A program made the translations under genes and the position numbers. Positions 1 to 13,046 of a stretch of 64,000 nt of DNA are shown here, in pieces. Positions within the stretch are counted from its first letter, which is position 1; each line of letters starts with the position of its first letter. The notes under the pieces were generated by a model. That model saw nothing but the letters and a program-made list of their open reading frames with translations, ran no database searches and had not been told where the DNA came from. This stretch comes from Chiloscyllium plagiosum (lineage: Eukaryota). Location of the stretch: assembly GCF_004010195.1 (NCBI RefSeq), contig NC_057754.1, positions 10,982,911-11,046,910 on the forward strand, in the 5' to 3' direction.

Positions 1-1341
1 GTTTTAACACTTCTGAAGAGTTCCAGCAAACCTACCGCCCAGGATATCAGTGTCCCTTCAGTTTAAGTGCAACCTGTCCTCTCTGTACAGGAGCCTCCTT
101 CCCCAAAAGGTATCCCAATTTGGTGATCATAGCTTGAAAATTTCTTTGATGCTTGTATTCATGTGTTTATATTACTTTCGTCCTAAAAAGGTGTTTTTAA
201 TATCGAAGTGTCCCTGAATTCGAGCTTTCTGTCCAACGTTAACATGGTGCACATTCTGACCTTGTTCGTTCAGGATGTGTTCATTAGATTTCCCTTTTCG
301 TAAGTTTTTCTCCCCCCATGAATATCAGACAACCTTTAGAGTCATGCTGGGGAACCAAGCAAGTTAAAAATATAAATAACGTAACGCAGGGTCTCAATCA
401 CTTGTCTTCCTCGCATGCTCGATGTGAGCAATAGCTAACCACCGAACAATCACGATCAGCCACCCAGCAATGCAGAACTGCAATGCTAGTAGTCTCAACT
501 ATCCTCAATGTGGGAGAAGCCTCCCGTCGACAACACATATCAATTGCTCCTGACTGCTCTACTTTGCTGGTTAGCATTCATTTCAACCATTTTGATTTTA
601 ACCTTTCGTTGCTCTCAGACTGTCATGATGAAAAAATATTATTGACCGTCCTTGATGCAACCACAATTGTTGGCTATCAGCAATTGCTCTCTTTTATCAT
701 ATACAAAACCCATCAGTAGATGATAATATAAGCGATAAGTTAAAATTCTTGTCTGCCCAGGTCTTTTCAAAATATTTCCAGAATACTTCATCAGATCATG
801 TTCATTTTGGGGCTCAGTACGTGGACACTCATCCTACTGTAACTACGAAATTAGTGCAAAGGTCGGACTGTAGAGTCCCGAAATCACTGGAATTGTTTTT
901 GTGATAAAATTACGTCATTATGACGACTTTATGGGATAAATCATATTCTGCTGCGGCAATAATATCCATGCACTTCGCAATGTTGATTTTTTAAAAGAAA
1001 TCTTGTCACAAAATAAATGCTAATTTCCGCGTTGTGAAATTAAAACAAACGCTATGTTGTTCATCCAGTGCATGATTGAACAACCTAATAAATGACGTTT
1101 CTATAAACGTGCAGTATAATACATTGAATGAAATGTATGAGCACTCCATTCTGCAACCACAATGAGTGCATTTCACCACACCACAGCGTAATAGCATATA
1201 ATGCATAAACATTCTGGAAACCTTTTGATAGCCCCTATATTCAGATAATGTTGATTTTGGAAAAGTTCAGCCCGATTTTGAAAATAAAATATAAGATTTG
1301 TGGAGATTTTCGAAGAAAAATCGTTGGCAACCATTACTTAC

Positions 1342-1411
1342 CCGGAGCACCAACAATAGCAATAATGGGATAGCAAATGGCATAAAAGAGCCCTTTTGGT
1401 GCCCCATGCAT
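1342..1411 (-). CDS. First coding exon of a third GPR139-like class A GPCR paralog (main exon outside the window, below position 1)
   Basis: Reverse strand reads ATG...CCG G|GTAAGT and encodes MHGAPKGLFYAICYPIIAIVGAP. It is 70 nt with a phase-1 donor, the same length and architecture as exon 1 of the two complete paralogs, and has the same upstream 15-mer. Confidence 0.85.
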
Positions 1412-1485
1412 TGTCTGTTGGAAGCTGGAGGAGTTCCCGACGATATAGAGCAACACCACCAAAAAGTACGATATTTGTTCGAACT

Positions 1486-1500
1486 GAGAGTCTCCAGAGG
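1486..1500 (-). promoter_or_regulatory. Conserved proximal promoter motif CCTCTGGAGACTCTC (third paralog)
   Basis: Lies 75 bp upstream of the ATG; identical to the copy at 62417-62431. Confidence 0.7.
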
Positions 1501-2446
1501 TCCAAGTATTTTGCAACACGCACCTTAGTCACAGCTCGATTAACAGTCACAGTTTCATGATTTCTTTTTGTAATATTAGGAAAGCGAATAATATAATTGT
1601 ACTTTTGAACCAATGGGGTCAGTTAACTCAGTTGGCTGGACGATTGGTTAGTGATGCAGAGTGACACCAATACAATTGATCAAATTCCACATTGGCTGAG
1701 GTTACCATGAACGTACATGTTTCTCAATTTCTCCTATTGCCTGAGGGCTGGTGGCCCTTTGGTTAATCTCACCAGCAGTCATTTCTCTCTAACGAGAGGT
1801 GAGCTCTATGATCGTCTTGGACTTTGCAAATCTACCATTAACTGTGAGAATTAAGTGACTGCATCAGTGCCAATATTTGAAGTATGGCAGTTAAGTGTCA
1901 TGTTTCCTGTTGTTCTCAAATATGGAATAAAGGCTGCCGTAAGACCTGCTGCTCCCTGACCAAGAAATGTACTCTCTTGAAAGAGGAATTTTAGGTAGAA
2001 TGAGGCATACTCTGCACAACAGAAAGCGATATTTTGGGAGGAAAAATCCCTGATATTTATATCGTAGTGTCAGATGTATTGACCTTTCAAAATTGAAATC
2101 TCAGATATGATGTAGGAGGTGATAGTGCATGGCAGTGTGTTTGTATGGACTGACTGAACTGCTGCATCAGTGTGAGGTTCAATGCAGAGAGATGATCTTG
2201 GGGATATATCAAATAACTGTTTCCTCGTTTTTACCCAAAATGGCAGCAACTTGTCATTGAAACCTGGAGACGTTCTCCTCTTCAAAACAAAACAATCAAA
2301 AGCAAAGAAAAAGACAGGATATTCCTACTTTTGTAATGGACCCAACAGAACCACCTGCAAGTATATCAAGAAGGTAGCCTAGACACTAAATAGGTCATAC
2401 CACTCAGCATATAGCAAAACACTTTTTCTTTCTCCCAGTTACATTC

Positions 2447-2780
2447 GAATCATAGAAACTACAGTGTGGAAATAGGCCCTTCGGCCCAACAAGCCCATAC
2501 CAACATTCCGAGGAATAACCCATCCAGACCGTACCATATTATCCGGTATTTACCCCGACTAATGCATTTAACCTACACATCCCTGAACATTATGGGCAAT
2601 TTAGCATGACCAATTCACCCAAACTGCATATCTTTTGGGAGGAACCGAATCACTGAAACAGTACACACACAGACACGGGGAAAATGTGCAAACTCCAACG
2701 CAGATAATCTCCTGAGGTTGGAATCCAACCTGGGTCCCAAGCACTGTGAAGCAGCAGTGCTAACCACTGAGCCACCGTAC
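2447..2780 (-). mobile_element. HE1-type SINE
   Basis: Reverse-complement similarity to 50246-50563. Confidence 0.85.
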
Positions 2781-4484
2781 CAAATTGCAAACAGCAGAAA
2801 GAGGAATTGGTATAACTGTAACTGTATTAGAAAACTAAACTGAATAATACATTATCTAATGAATAAACGGCAAATATTCCAATTCAGTAACATTCCACAA
2901 ATACACACTTGGCAAATGCAAAGTCACTAGAATACATTGCCTCACATGAGATTCCAGCACAGAAGGAGAACTCAAAACTTTTACGTGTAATAATGAGAGA
3001 GAGAGACAGAAAACCTTGCCACCAACTTCCAACCCTCAACAATTACAGAAAGGTGAAACTTAGACTCTGGCTCACCAGCTTTTACTTTATTGGCTTGAAC
3101 TAGACAGCTCCATACCTATGACTCAAAACTTATCTTTAAAAATCAAGGACAAAATACCCATCTCAAAACTGTAGTATCATCATACTTACTTTATTTTATG
3201 TATTTTATTTCTTATCAGAGCGGCAAGAGATTGCACGCTTATCCAAATGGAAGTTTAAACAAAAGGAAGTAACGTTTTTGAAGATCACCAACATTTCTAA
3301 AGATTTTGGTTTGGGGCAAACCAAGATATTGTAGAGTTTTTACCTGTTTGCTTCATTGCGTTTGTCTTGCAGTATGATATGCGGGTACATCTTGGGCGGC
3401 AGTGTCTCTTATAGAAATGGTGTTGGAGCTCCCTAGTAGGCACAAGGCCAGCGTGGTTTCCTCCTGTGGTCAGAGTCCTTTTCTGTATGGATTTGGTAAG
3501 TGGTTGGATTCATTGTCAGTGCTTGTAATGGGCTATATCGCCATTAGAGAGTTGACATTTCAGTTCAGCCGCTCTTTCTGCAATAAGCCTGCATAAGGAT
3601 TGTTCTTTGATACTCACACTGAATGACTGTTGAACAAAATTTTAAAAATCATTCAATTGTTAGAAGACGCTAAAATGCCTCAAACACGGCACCTGATTAG
3701 CGAAAAGAAAAACAATCAGAAACCGAACAACTACAGGTCTCCAATTAGAAATGGGTCTCTGCTGTGATTTCAGTTCATGATGATGAAGTTGAGAAAAGGG
3801 CAGGTCAATGCAGATCTGCTTCCAGACTAAGATTGCTGCTGAGTTTAAGACACTCAGTGGTTAAGAGAAGGAGGAAAGGGGACAATATTGCATTTTCCTT
3901 GTCGAGTGAGAGACTGATGAGTGATATTGTCACCAGCTACTTACGAAATATTGTTCGGAGATGCTAATTTGATTACCAGTCGAGGATTGGCTGTCTCAAA
4001 GCAAAGAGCTCTTCAATTATCTCAGGGAAGGAATTATCTTCATTTCCCCATTATTCTCTCTGTCTCTTCTTATGTAGAGATTAATTAAATGCTTCAGAGA
4101 GATTCGATTTCTGCTATACTTCTAACTAAAAAAAAACTCATGATTTATATTGGAATTTGTCAAGCAATGAATTGACGCTATCATTAAACTGAGAAGGGAG
4201 TCTTATCTGTTTATTAATATTGAAATCTCTTTTCAGTTGTTTGATGCTGCCAAATCAGCATTTGGAATAGAGATTTGTTGGCTCCATTTGGGAAATCACT
4301 GAGGTCTCAAACTACTGGTACCTCTTGTCTCTTAATTATCAATGTCCTGCACATTAATTTGACTAACTGTGTCCAGTGATTTCATGCCCTCTTCATTTCA
4401 TATACAGCTCCTTCAGTTTTACTTATTATGAATAATGATGATATTAAAGACACTTACCATGAATATATATCCTGTTTATAGTCC

Positions 4485-5437
4485 AAAACTTCAGCGATCT
4501 GGGACATTCGACTTCAGACCTTCGGGTGACCGTCTTCCAAGGCGAACTTTGGGACAGACAACAATGAAAAGTGGCCGAGCAGAGGCTGATAGCTAAGTTC
4601 AGTATCAATGGGGATGGCCTCAACCGGGACCTTGGGTTCATGTCACACTACAGGTGACCCCATTGCACTATACATACACACAGACAGACACATACACAGA
4701 CAGGCACACACACAGACACTCCTACACACAGAGACACACACGCATACATACACACTTCTATGCACACACTTGCCTACAGATACGCACACGCAGACCCTCT
4801 TTCATACGCTCATACATGCACTCCCAAACACACCCTCTCACAGACTTACACCCCTTTACACTCACACTCACACACATACACACACTCTCTCACAGACACT
4901 CATAAACCACACCGCCACATACACACACCCACATGCACACATACACATATAAGTTTGTGGGGTGAATTTGTACTTGCAGAATTACATTTTACTTTGCTCA
5001 AAAACTGCATGAACCCATGTAAGATTCTGTGAATCTGTTTTTTTAGATCAGAATCAGTCTGACCATTGTGGCACAGACAGCCTCACACAGGGAAGCTCAC
5101 ACCTTCAATACATTATCTGTTAAAGTTCACTTGAGAATGTAACTTTTCAAAACAGTTTTGCGATTTACCTTATGAAAGAACTGAAACCAATATGGTCATT
5201 CTAACAGATGAGAGACTTAACAAACAATCCAGATCTTTTTCAATATATAATTTCAGTTACATCACACTGTAAACTTTTGCTATAAATTCTGTGTCTTACA
5301 ATTTTATTTTCCAGAACCATCTGATGAAGGAGCAGCGCTCTGAAAGCTAGTGCTTCCAAATAAACCTGTTGGACTATAATATGGTGTGTGATTTTTAACT
5401 TTGTACACCCCAGTCTGACACCGGCATCTCCAAATCA
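4485..5437 (+). mobile_element. Penelope-like element 3' end (GIY-YIG C-terminus, CA-rich spacer, pLTR with hammerhead)
   Basis: Translates to GHSTSDLRVTVFQG...AEQRLIAKF...GLNRDLGFMSHYR*; hammerhead motif at 5318-5352. Related copies at ~45181-46450 (-) and ~56785-57570 (+). Confidence 0.75.
5318..5352 (+). ncRNA. Minimal type I hammerhead ribozyme (Penelope-associated)
   Basis: CAT-CTGATGA-A-GGAGC(AGC)GCTCT-GAA-AGCT-A-GTG: intact core, stem II, palindromic AGCT in place of stem III, 3-bp stem I. Confidence 0.7.
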
Positions 5438-8367
5438 TATCCCATTTAAAGATCTCAACAATACTCAGTTTAAGCATTTATCACATAATGTTGCTGATCT
5501 ACAGAACAAAGAAGGCAGCGAAACACAATAAATGCAATTCCAACTTCCAAGTGTCTTCAACCAAGCCAGTACTTTGTAAATAAGTCACCACTAAATCACA
5601 TGTCAATATTGTATTGACAGTTAGAATTGAAAACGCTGTGATCCAACAATCGCAAGAAAGTTTGCACAAGGTGGATAATCCACTGGCATTCAAAGACAGC
5701 AGGCACAAGGATTTCCAAGTGTACTTACTGGGGCAGGTAACTAAGAACCATGACAGAAATTTATCACACCATATATTCTTGGAAACGTTACAGATTGACA
5801 AATCATTTAAAAACAAATCTGTCTTTGTATGGAAAGAAACACGTATTTAACTCTGGAGTCTGTTGCATTTCAAAGAAACACAAGATTCATAGTTTTTTCA
5901 TTTCCAGTAAAATTGCTCCCACTAATTCAGCACATTGTCCCAGCGCCCTCTGCTGCCCTGAATACCGTGAATATTCATAAACTTCAGGTCCACGGATACC
6001 AACTATTCCGAAAGCCAAGGCTGAATCCGATTATGCTAAATCTTGCCAAACTCATCCTGTTGATTATTTACTTTTATTTTGTAGAAACGATTGCTTTTAG
6101 CCTTTTGAATATTACACATAAAATGCTAAAGCAAACTGAAAAGAAGACTGGATTATAACGATAAACGAAAAAAAAACCCAGATTTTTTTTGGATAACTGC
6201 ACCCCATCTATCAGCTTATGTGAAGAGAAAGCATGGTTAACTTTTCGAATCCAGTACCCCTTCATTTGAAGTTATAATGGAGGTGATGTTCCTTATTCAG
6301 CTGCTGTAATCTATTTAAGTATTTGAAAGGTTTATTCAGTTCCTTGATTTAGAAAGTAACGAAACAAGCATGATCCAAAATCGAGTGAATGCTTTAACAA
6401 GCACCTTCTGTTTTGGTATGAGTATTAACGTCCTTAAGGAAGTATGTGTGCCATCCTCACCAAGCGTGGCTTGCATGTGACAATAGGAATACAAAGAGGC
6501 ACCTTCCGAAATGCGTGGGCAATGAGGGCGGTCATTACCAGAGATGCTGACATTCCATCGATGAATTAAAGAAGTCTCAGAAAATAAGGGTCAGATCTTT
6601 TGCTGCATATTAATTAATATTAATCAAAGCAGACCCTGTTTTTTTTATCTTAGCAACTAGCTCCTGCAACAAAAGCATGAAACTTTGGAACCTTCGGCAG
6701 CATGTATAATAACTAATTATTACAATTTAATCACTAAATCATAAGCTCAATGCAATGCAAGCAACAATTCCGTCACTGTCCCTGGGTCAATCTTCTCGAA
6801 CTTCCTTCCCAGCCGAATTATGGATGTGCTTTCACCGGAGGTCTGCACCAACTGAATTCGATTGCTCACCACCACCTTCTCCATGGCAATTAGTGACAGG
6901 CCATAGGCACTGGCCTAGGCAATGCCTCCCTCATCCCATGAATGATTAATAACAAAACATGTTTGTTCTTTGAAATAGAATGGGATGCTGGAATGTTCTA
7001 TGATCAGCCATAATTACAGTAAAATCAGAACAGTTTTAACGTGGAATGTCCCTCTATGATTCTATTTCTTATGATCACCTCTGCAAACTCTGACTTCCCT
7101 GTCTGACCGATGAAGAAATCAGCAACAATCCAGGTATTCTGAAGAGTTCGAACAGACTGGTCCACTTTCGACCGGAAAATATGGAATTAGGAGTCGACTT
7201 TATAGAAACATCTTACTTTATGCATGGTTTCAAAAAGATGAATGTGGATTTTTTTTTTATTTTCTAGATCACTGCAAAAGAAAGAGCTATCAATGTACAA
7301 GTTCAGTAATACAAGTTCAGATGGACAAAGTAAGGAGATTTTTATTTTACTAAAAGATGTGTCAGAATATAGAACTCATTGATAAGTGAAGTACTCGAAG
7401 TTGTTCGAGGTGATACAATTATCAGGGCCGGGAAAATTGCAAGAGGAAGAAAGGAATCGAAAAGCACCATACTTTGGGTGAAAATGGCTTATTATTGTGA
7501 GAATGGAAAAAAAGATTCCTGCGGTGTGACAATTGCTGGCATTGTCCAATGGAGGGCCAATTAGCCCATCTCTGTCCTGAACATTGAAGATAAATTAAAA
7601 CTCAGTGACTCAGGGAACATGGGGGAGACACAGGAAATGAGTTATCGGGAATTGAATTTGTCAGGGATGCAGAAGAATCTGAGCCTTGTGAATAATAGTA
7701 AAATCACAGCATAACCTGCAGAAACTGAAACTGACTGACAATTTACAATCTGTAGGCCATGTTCTCATGATAGCAAAACACGTCAAACAAACCAAGGTAG
7801 GTGTATAAATAAAATAAAATGACCATGCACATTTAAATTTGCCAAGTGGCAAAGTGGAAAGAAAAAAAAAACCCGTGATGGAGGAATACAGACATATGGA
7901 AAGAAAGATAAGCAGCAACTCCCATGACGTGTTAAATTCAGAAATAAAAATGCTGAGGTTTTGACCAGTAACAATTACTTTAACTGAATATGTCCTTTTT
8001 AAAAATCTTCTTGTAGTCAATAAGAAATCCAGATTAGAGACACTCACTTGAAAGCGTTTTGGATAAGATTTAGCCCACTGCAATTAGAATGGTTTTATCT
8101 TTCACCAAGAAAAATAAAAATGGAATTTTAAAATGAAATATTTGTGTGTTAGCCACTTCGTGCGTATCCCTCATCTCTGAAGCTATAATGTAATATATCT
8201 GTGTCCATAACCTGTCTAATTAAAGTTCAGCAAATCTGCCTTAAAATAAACCTACGGCATGGAAACAGGCCAGGTAAAAACAATGACTGCAGATGCTGGA
8301 AACCAGATTCTGGATCAGTGGTGCTGGAAGAGCACAGCAATTCAGGCAGCATCCGACGAGCAGCAAA

Positions 8368-8401
8368 ATCGACGTTTCGGGCAAAAGCCCTTCATCAGGA
8401 A
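8368..8401 (-). ncRNA. Minimal hammerhead ribozyme (Penelope-associated)
   Basis: TTC-CTGATGA-A-GGGC(TTTT)GCCC-GAA-ACGT-C-GAT. Confidence 0.7.
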
Positions 8402-9269
8402 TAAAGGCAGAGAACAGCAATTGCACCTGGATAACCATCAACTTGGTGAAACGTGCTCTTTGATCTGCCTAAAACTTATTGGCGTTCCAGAGCAAGGAGT
8501 TTACCTCAACCAAGTGTTGCGGACTGGCGCATCCCAAGGTCTAGGACTACATAGTGGGGGAATGCACTGAGGTCTGGGGCAGCTGCTGCCAAGACACAGT
8601 GGGGAAAGATCACTGTCAGAAATTTTTCTACCCAAGTTAAATGGTGGGGGGGGGAAATCTATTCAGTTACATTTGAGACACTGGGAGGGTCTGATTTGCA
8701 CAAGTATGAAAATGCCTCCAATGTTTGCTGGTTTCTTCATATGCTACTTGTAAGAACTGAACTGCTTTAGTGAATATGTATATAAAAATGTTCTTGCGAA
8801 TAAAGTGTACTTTTGAAATTATAAAGACTCCCATATATCAGCTGTCACCAGGAGGTAAAGCTCCCAAACCTGTGGATGCTTTGGAACTTAAACTTGAGTA
8901 TGGACAAACCTATGCAATTTTGTTTTAATTAAAAGTTCATCAACCTTAAAAAAAATCTTTGGTAATACTGCCTGACCTGGAGTTTTACAGTGGGGAATGA
9001 GGCCCTTCAGCCCATTACATGCATACTGGTAATCAATCATCTATTTACTGGAGTCTATTTTCTATCATTTGTCTTAAAGCCTTGAATGTTGAGACTTTTG
9101 GTGATCCAAATTGAGAACTTGAAGCATTGCCTATTTTCATTCCTTTTTAGTACACTGTCCGCATATACCAAAAAAGTGTATTCTGGAGCATGCTTAAGTA
9201 CCATCACCCCTCCTACTCACCCCAAAGTGTGAAGAGCTCATGGACTTGGATCAAAGTCACCCAATCATT

Positions 9270-10230
9270 TGCCTCTGTCACATCTTCCCTTCCACTAGCC
9301 CAAATTTGAGTTTCTTGCCTATTTTCCTATTTGCCTTATCTTTGATCATCTTGTCCATGAAAACCATCTCATACTCCATCAATCTTATTCCCACTAAAGA
9401 GATCTCAACTTTACTCATCTCAATATTAGCTAAACTGTAAATGGTTCTCTTCAAATATTGTTGGACTCTCCTTTAAATTAGCCACCACAATCCTTTCCAA
9501 AAGAAAATTCCTTCAGCCTACTGTACTTGCAAACTACAATCTCATCTAATTGTCCTTTCTAAGCAAAGTGCTGTGATCTCCCAAATCAGTTTGCTATCTT
9601 TCCTGAAACTTCATGTTTGAATCCCTCGTTTGGTTTCTGTTCATTGTACCTAAATAGCTCTTATCAAAAAGTTTACAAATTATATCCTATTGATTATGAC
9701 AAAGGTAAACTTTCCTCATTATTCCTGACTCGTCAGTAAACTATGACAGTTGACCCCACAATTTTCCTCCAACTGAGTGGGTCTGCTCATCTAAGCATTG
9801 CTGTCTCAGGAATGGCATCTATTCCTGTTCCTGCAGGAACCACAGAGCCAAAGAGTGAACTTTAGGCAATTTAGGTTTCATCTGCGTGCCGTATCAGGAG
9901 TTACTATTAGTTTTCATTTAGTATGCTGATGTCAGCCAATTCTACAGCAATAACACCCTTCTCAACTTATCTCCTGTTATAAAATTATCAGACCAAGTCT
10001 GAGTCAAATTATTTCTCCAACTAAATAATGCCAAGCCAGAAGCCATTGTTTTTGGTCAACACTCCAAATTGTCAAAATGCCAACTCCATCCCCTTCACAG
10101 GAAATAAGAGATTAAGGCCTTCTATTCCCAATCTATTTAACCTCAAGCTGAGCTTCGGACCTCATCTGAGCCATCACTAAGATAGTCCATATCTAGCACA
10201 TTGCCCAACTTGAGTCGTCTTAGCTCATTT
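9270..10230 (+). mobile_element. Old L2-like LINE RT fragment
   Basis: Degenerate nucleotide blocks matching LANY.LISN..FLSKVL, YADV and LQLN..KPEAIVFG. Confidence 0.5.
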
Positions 10231-10529
10231 GAGCTAGGCACAGGATTAGGCAATTAAACCCCTGGAGCCTACTTCACCGTTTGATATGATCATGGTTGAT
10301 CACATCTCGGCCTCAACTCCACTTTCTTGCCTACTCTCCATAACATTTAAACCCATTAATTAAAAATCCACATCCTCAAATTTACTTAGTGTCGCAACAT
10401 CCACCACACTCTGGGGTAAATTCCACAGACCCTTTACTGCAGAAGCCCTCACTCATATTTCACTACCTCTAGGACTTGTCTACTCCAATGCCTTCCTGTA
10501 CTCCAACATTCTATGAATTCAAGGCCATC

Positions 10530-10769
10530 CATTGGCATTTGGCTTCAGCGGTGTAGAGGTCAGTGCGCCAGACTACCACTGTGCCCCCTTTATCCGCTGG
10601 CTTAATGGTGAGGTTGGTTTAGAGCAGAGGGATTGGAGGGCTGCGCGTTGTGAGGGTGAGAGGTTGGAGTGGGGGAGGGGGGTCGACAGGTTGAGGCGGT
10701 TAATGTCCCGGCGGCAGTTGGAAATGAAGAGGTTGAGGGCAGGTAATAGGCCAGCGCGGGGTGTCCAGG
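10530..10769 (-). mobile_element. Penelope-like RT fragment
   Basis: - strand open frame ...SNLSPSQRAALQSLCSKTNLTIKPADKGGTVVVWRTDLY contains the PLE RT 'KPADKG' motif. Confidence 0.8.
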
Positions 10770-11016
10770 TGGAAACAGGCCATTCAGCCCATTGCGTTTA
10801 CACTGACCAGCCTAAGAGCATCCCACCCAAAACCACACCTTACCATTTTCCATGGCTATTGTACATGCACATCCCGAGGGCAGGTAATAGGCCAGCGCGG
10901 GGTGTCCAGGTGGAAACAGGCCATTCAGCCCATTGCGTTTACACTGACCAGCCTAAGAGCATCCCACCCAAAACCACACCTTACCATTTTCCATGGCTAT
11001 TGTACATGCACATCCC
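10735..11016. repeat. Perfect 141-bp tandem duplication
   Basis: 10735-10875 equals 10876-11016. Confidence 0.9.
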
Positions 11017-11188
11017 CAGATACCATGCACAATTTAGTATAGCTATTTCACTTACACTGCACATCTTTCGACTGTGGGAGGAAAGCGGAGTGGCCAAAGG
11101 AATTCCGTGAAGACACGCAGAGAATGTGCAAACTCCACACAGACAGTCGCCTTAGGCTAGAATCAATTGCTGGTGCTGTGAGGCAGCC
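10769..11188 (-). mobile_element. HE1-type SINE (3' end included in a tandem duplication)
   Basis: Similarity to the other HE1 copies. Confidence 0.8.
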
Positions 11189-12439
11189 ACGAAAACCAAG
11201 GAGACACCGTGGTTTCTCGACCCATGCCCTGCGAAAAAGAGAGCCACCTAAATTTGAAACGCTGACTTGCTCTCCCTCCATGGCTGCTGCCAGACCCGCT
11301 GTAAACTTCAGCATTTTTTGTTTTCAGTTCAGATTCCAGCATCTGTATTAATTTGCTACTTCCATCAATGGTAGAAGTTTCACTTTCTCTGCTCTATTCA
11401 GACCCTTCGCGATTTTGAGTACCTCTATTACATTTATTTTTACTCCAAACTTCTCTTCTCTAAGGCAAATAGTTAATTATCTGCCTTCGTCTCTGAATTC
11501 TCTGGACCTTGAAATCATTCTTGTTGATCTTTCTGCATCTTCTGTCATGCCTTCACAACCGTCCAAAAGGATATTATCCAGAACTCGACATAGCATTCCA
11601 GTTCAGATGAACGTATGTTATTCCTTTGTTTTTGTACTCAATGCCATTCTTAATAAATCTCAGGATTGTGTATGCTTTATTTTGCAACTTCGCGTGACAC
11701 TTTTACCATTTTCTGCACTGATTTCAGCTTTCTGCTTCATTTTATAACCACATTGTAGGCCCATTCGGCCCTTGTATCTATTTGACTTTTCGATCATCAG
11801 ACAGCCAAACTACCTCCATTCCACTTTCCTGAGAATTACTTCAAGTTATTTCTTTTCAAAATCTGTATCTCTCACCTCTTGGTATTAGGTTGTTAGTTTC
11901 CATCATTTAAATTGAACAATTGTTGGCGATTGGATTCCAGTTGTACAACTTCCACTGTAGTTTAACTGTCACTGTGATGTCGATTTTCATCAGTCCTGGA
12001 CATTCCATCACATACAGAGAAACCAATGTCTCCACGTCCGTTCCATTCAGCAATTAACCTACTGTCAAGTATTTCTATGGAATCTCTTCGAAATGTCCGA
12101 CTTTTGAGGGAAAGCGGCTCAGGCTGTTCAAAAGTTCCAAATGATGTGCTGTTTTGTTCATCCCTTTTCTGAGTTGTGCAGGAAATCAACGCTGATGATG
12201 CAAAGTCATATCAGGCCGGGACAGGAGCGGGCATTTCACCTTTGATATCACTGTAAAATTTCAGAAACTTGGGGCGAATCAGGCATCTTTATATTATACC
12301 CCAACCTCTTTCTAAATCCATTGACTACTTTAATATCCGAATATTTATCAAAGCTTCTACATTGTTTATCGGATCCCTTAAGAGTTTGGAGACGTTTTAA
12401 TTCTACTTTTCCTAAGTTATGGTTAATATAATATAATGA

Positions 12440-12830
12440 CATGGGAATCTCACAGAGACTTATAAAATTCTAACAGGTCTAAAGAGAGTAGATGTAGGGA
12501 GGATGTTCCCGATGGTGGGTGTGGCCAGAACCCGGTGTCACTGTCTGAGGATTCAGGGGAGAACATTTAGGTCTGAGATGAGGATATATTTCTTCAGCCA
12601 ATAAAAAATGATGAGTTTGTGCAACTCATGACCACAGGAAGTAGTTGATGGCAAAACATTGAACGTATTCAAGAGGCAGCGACAAATAGCACTTGGTGCA
12701 AATGGGATCAAAGGTTCTTAGTAGAAAGCAAAATTAGGCAATTGAAGCGGACGATCAGCCATGATCGTGATGAATTGTGCATCAGGTTCGAAAGGCTGAA
12801 TGACCGCCTCCTGCAACAATCTACTGTGTT
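12440..12830 (+). mobile_element. CR1 3' fragment
   Basis: ETYKILTGL-type CR1 ORF2 C-terminus and 3' UTR. Confidence 0.65.
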
Positions 12831-13046
12831 TCAACGGAATCTCGTTGGTAACGGTGACCCTACCGCTAACAGTTGAATTCCACAAGCGTGATGGGAAATC
12901 ATGCCCAATTTACCGAATCACCAGATCAGCTTGTGAAAGGAAGAAATGAAATCAGACTGCTGACCTTACCAAATGAATGACAAGGCCACGAGCTTTGCAA
13001 CAAAATGGATAAAATAAGTCTGATTTAATCAATGATGGATACATAT

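Noticed and set aside
1006..1212. Cys-rich - strand ORF as exon 2 of the third paralog
   Set aside because: No GPCR motifs and no AN-x-x-AIV start.
4608..5032. His/Thr-rich ORFs (also 46170-46467 and 56785-57199)
   Set aside because: Translations of CA-rich low-complexity tracts within Penelope-like remnants.
10532..11110. 192-aa ORF with an internal repeat
   Set aside because: Antisense Penelope RT plus SINE sequence, extended by a tandem duplication.
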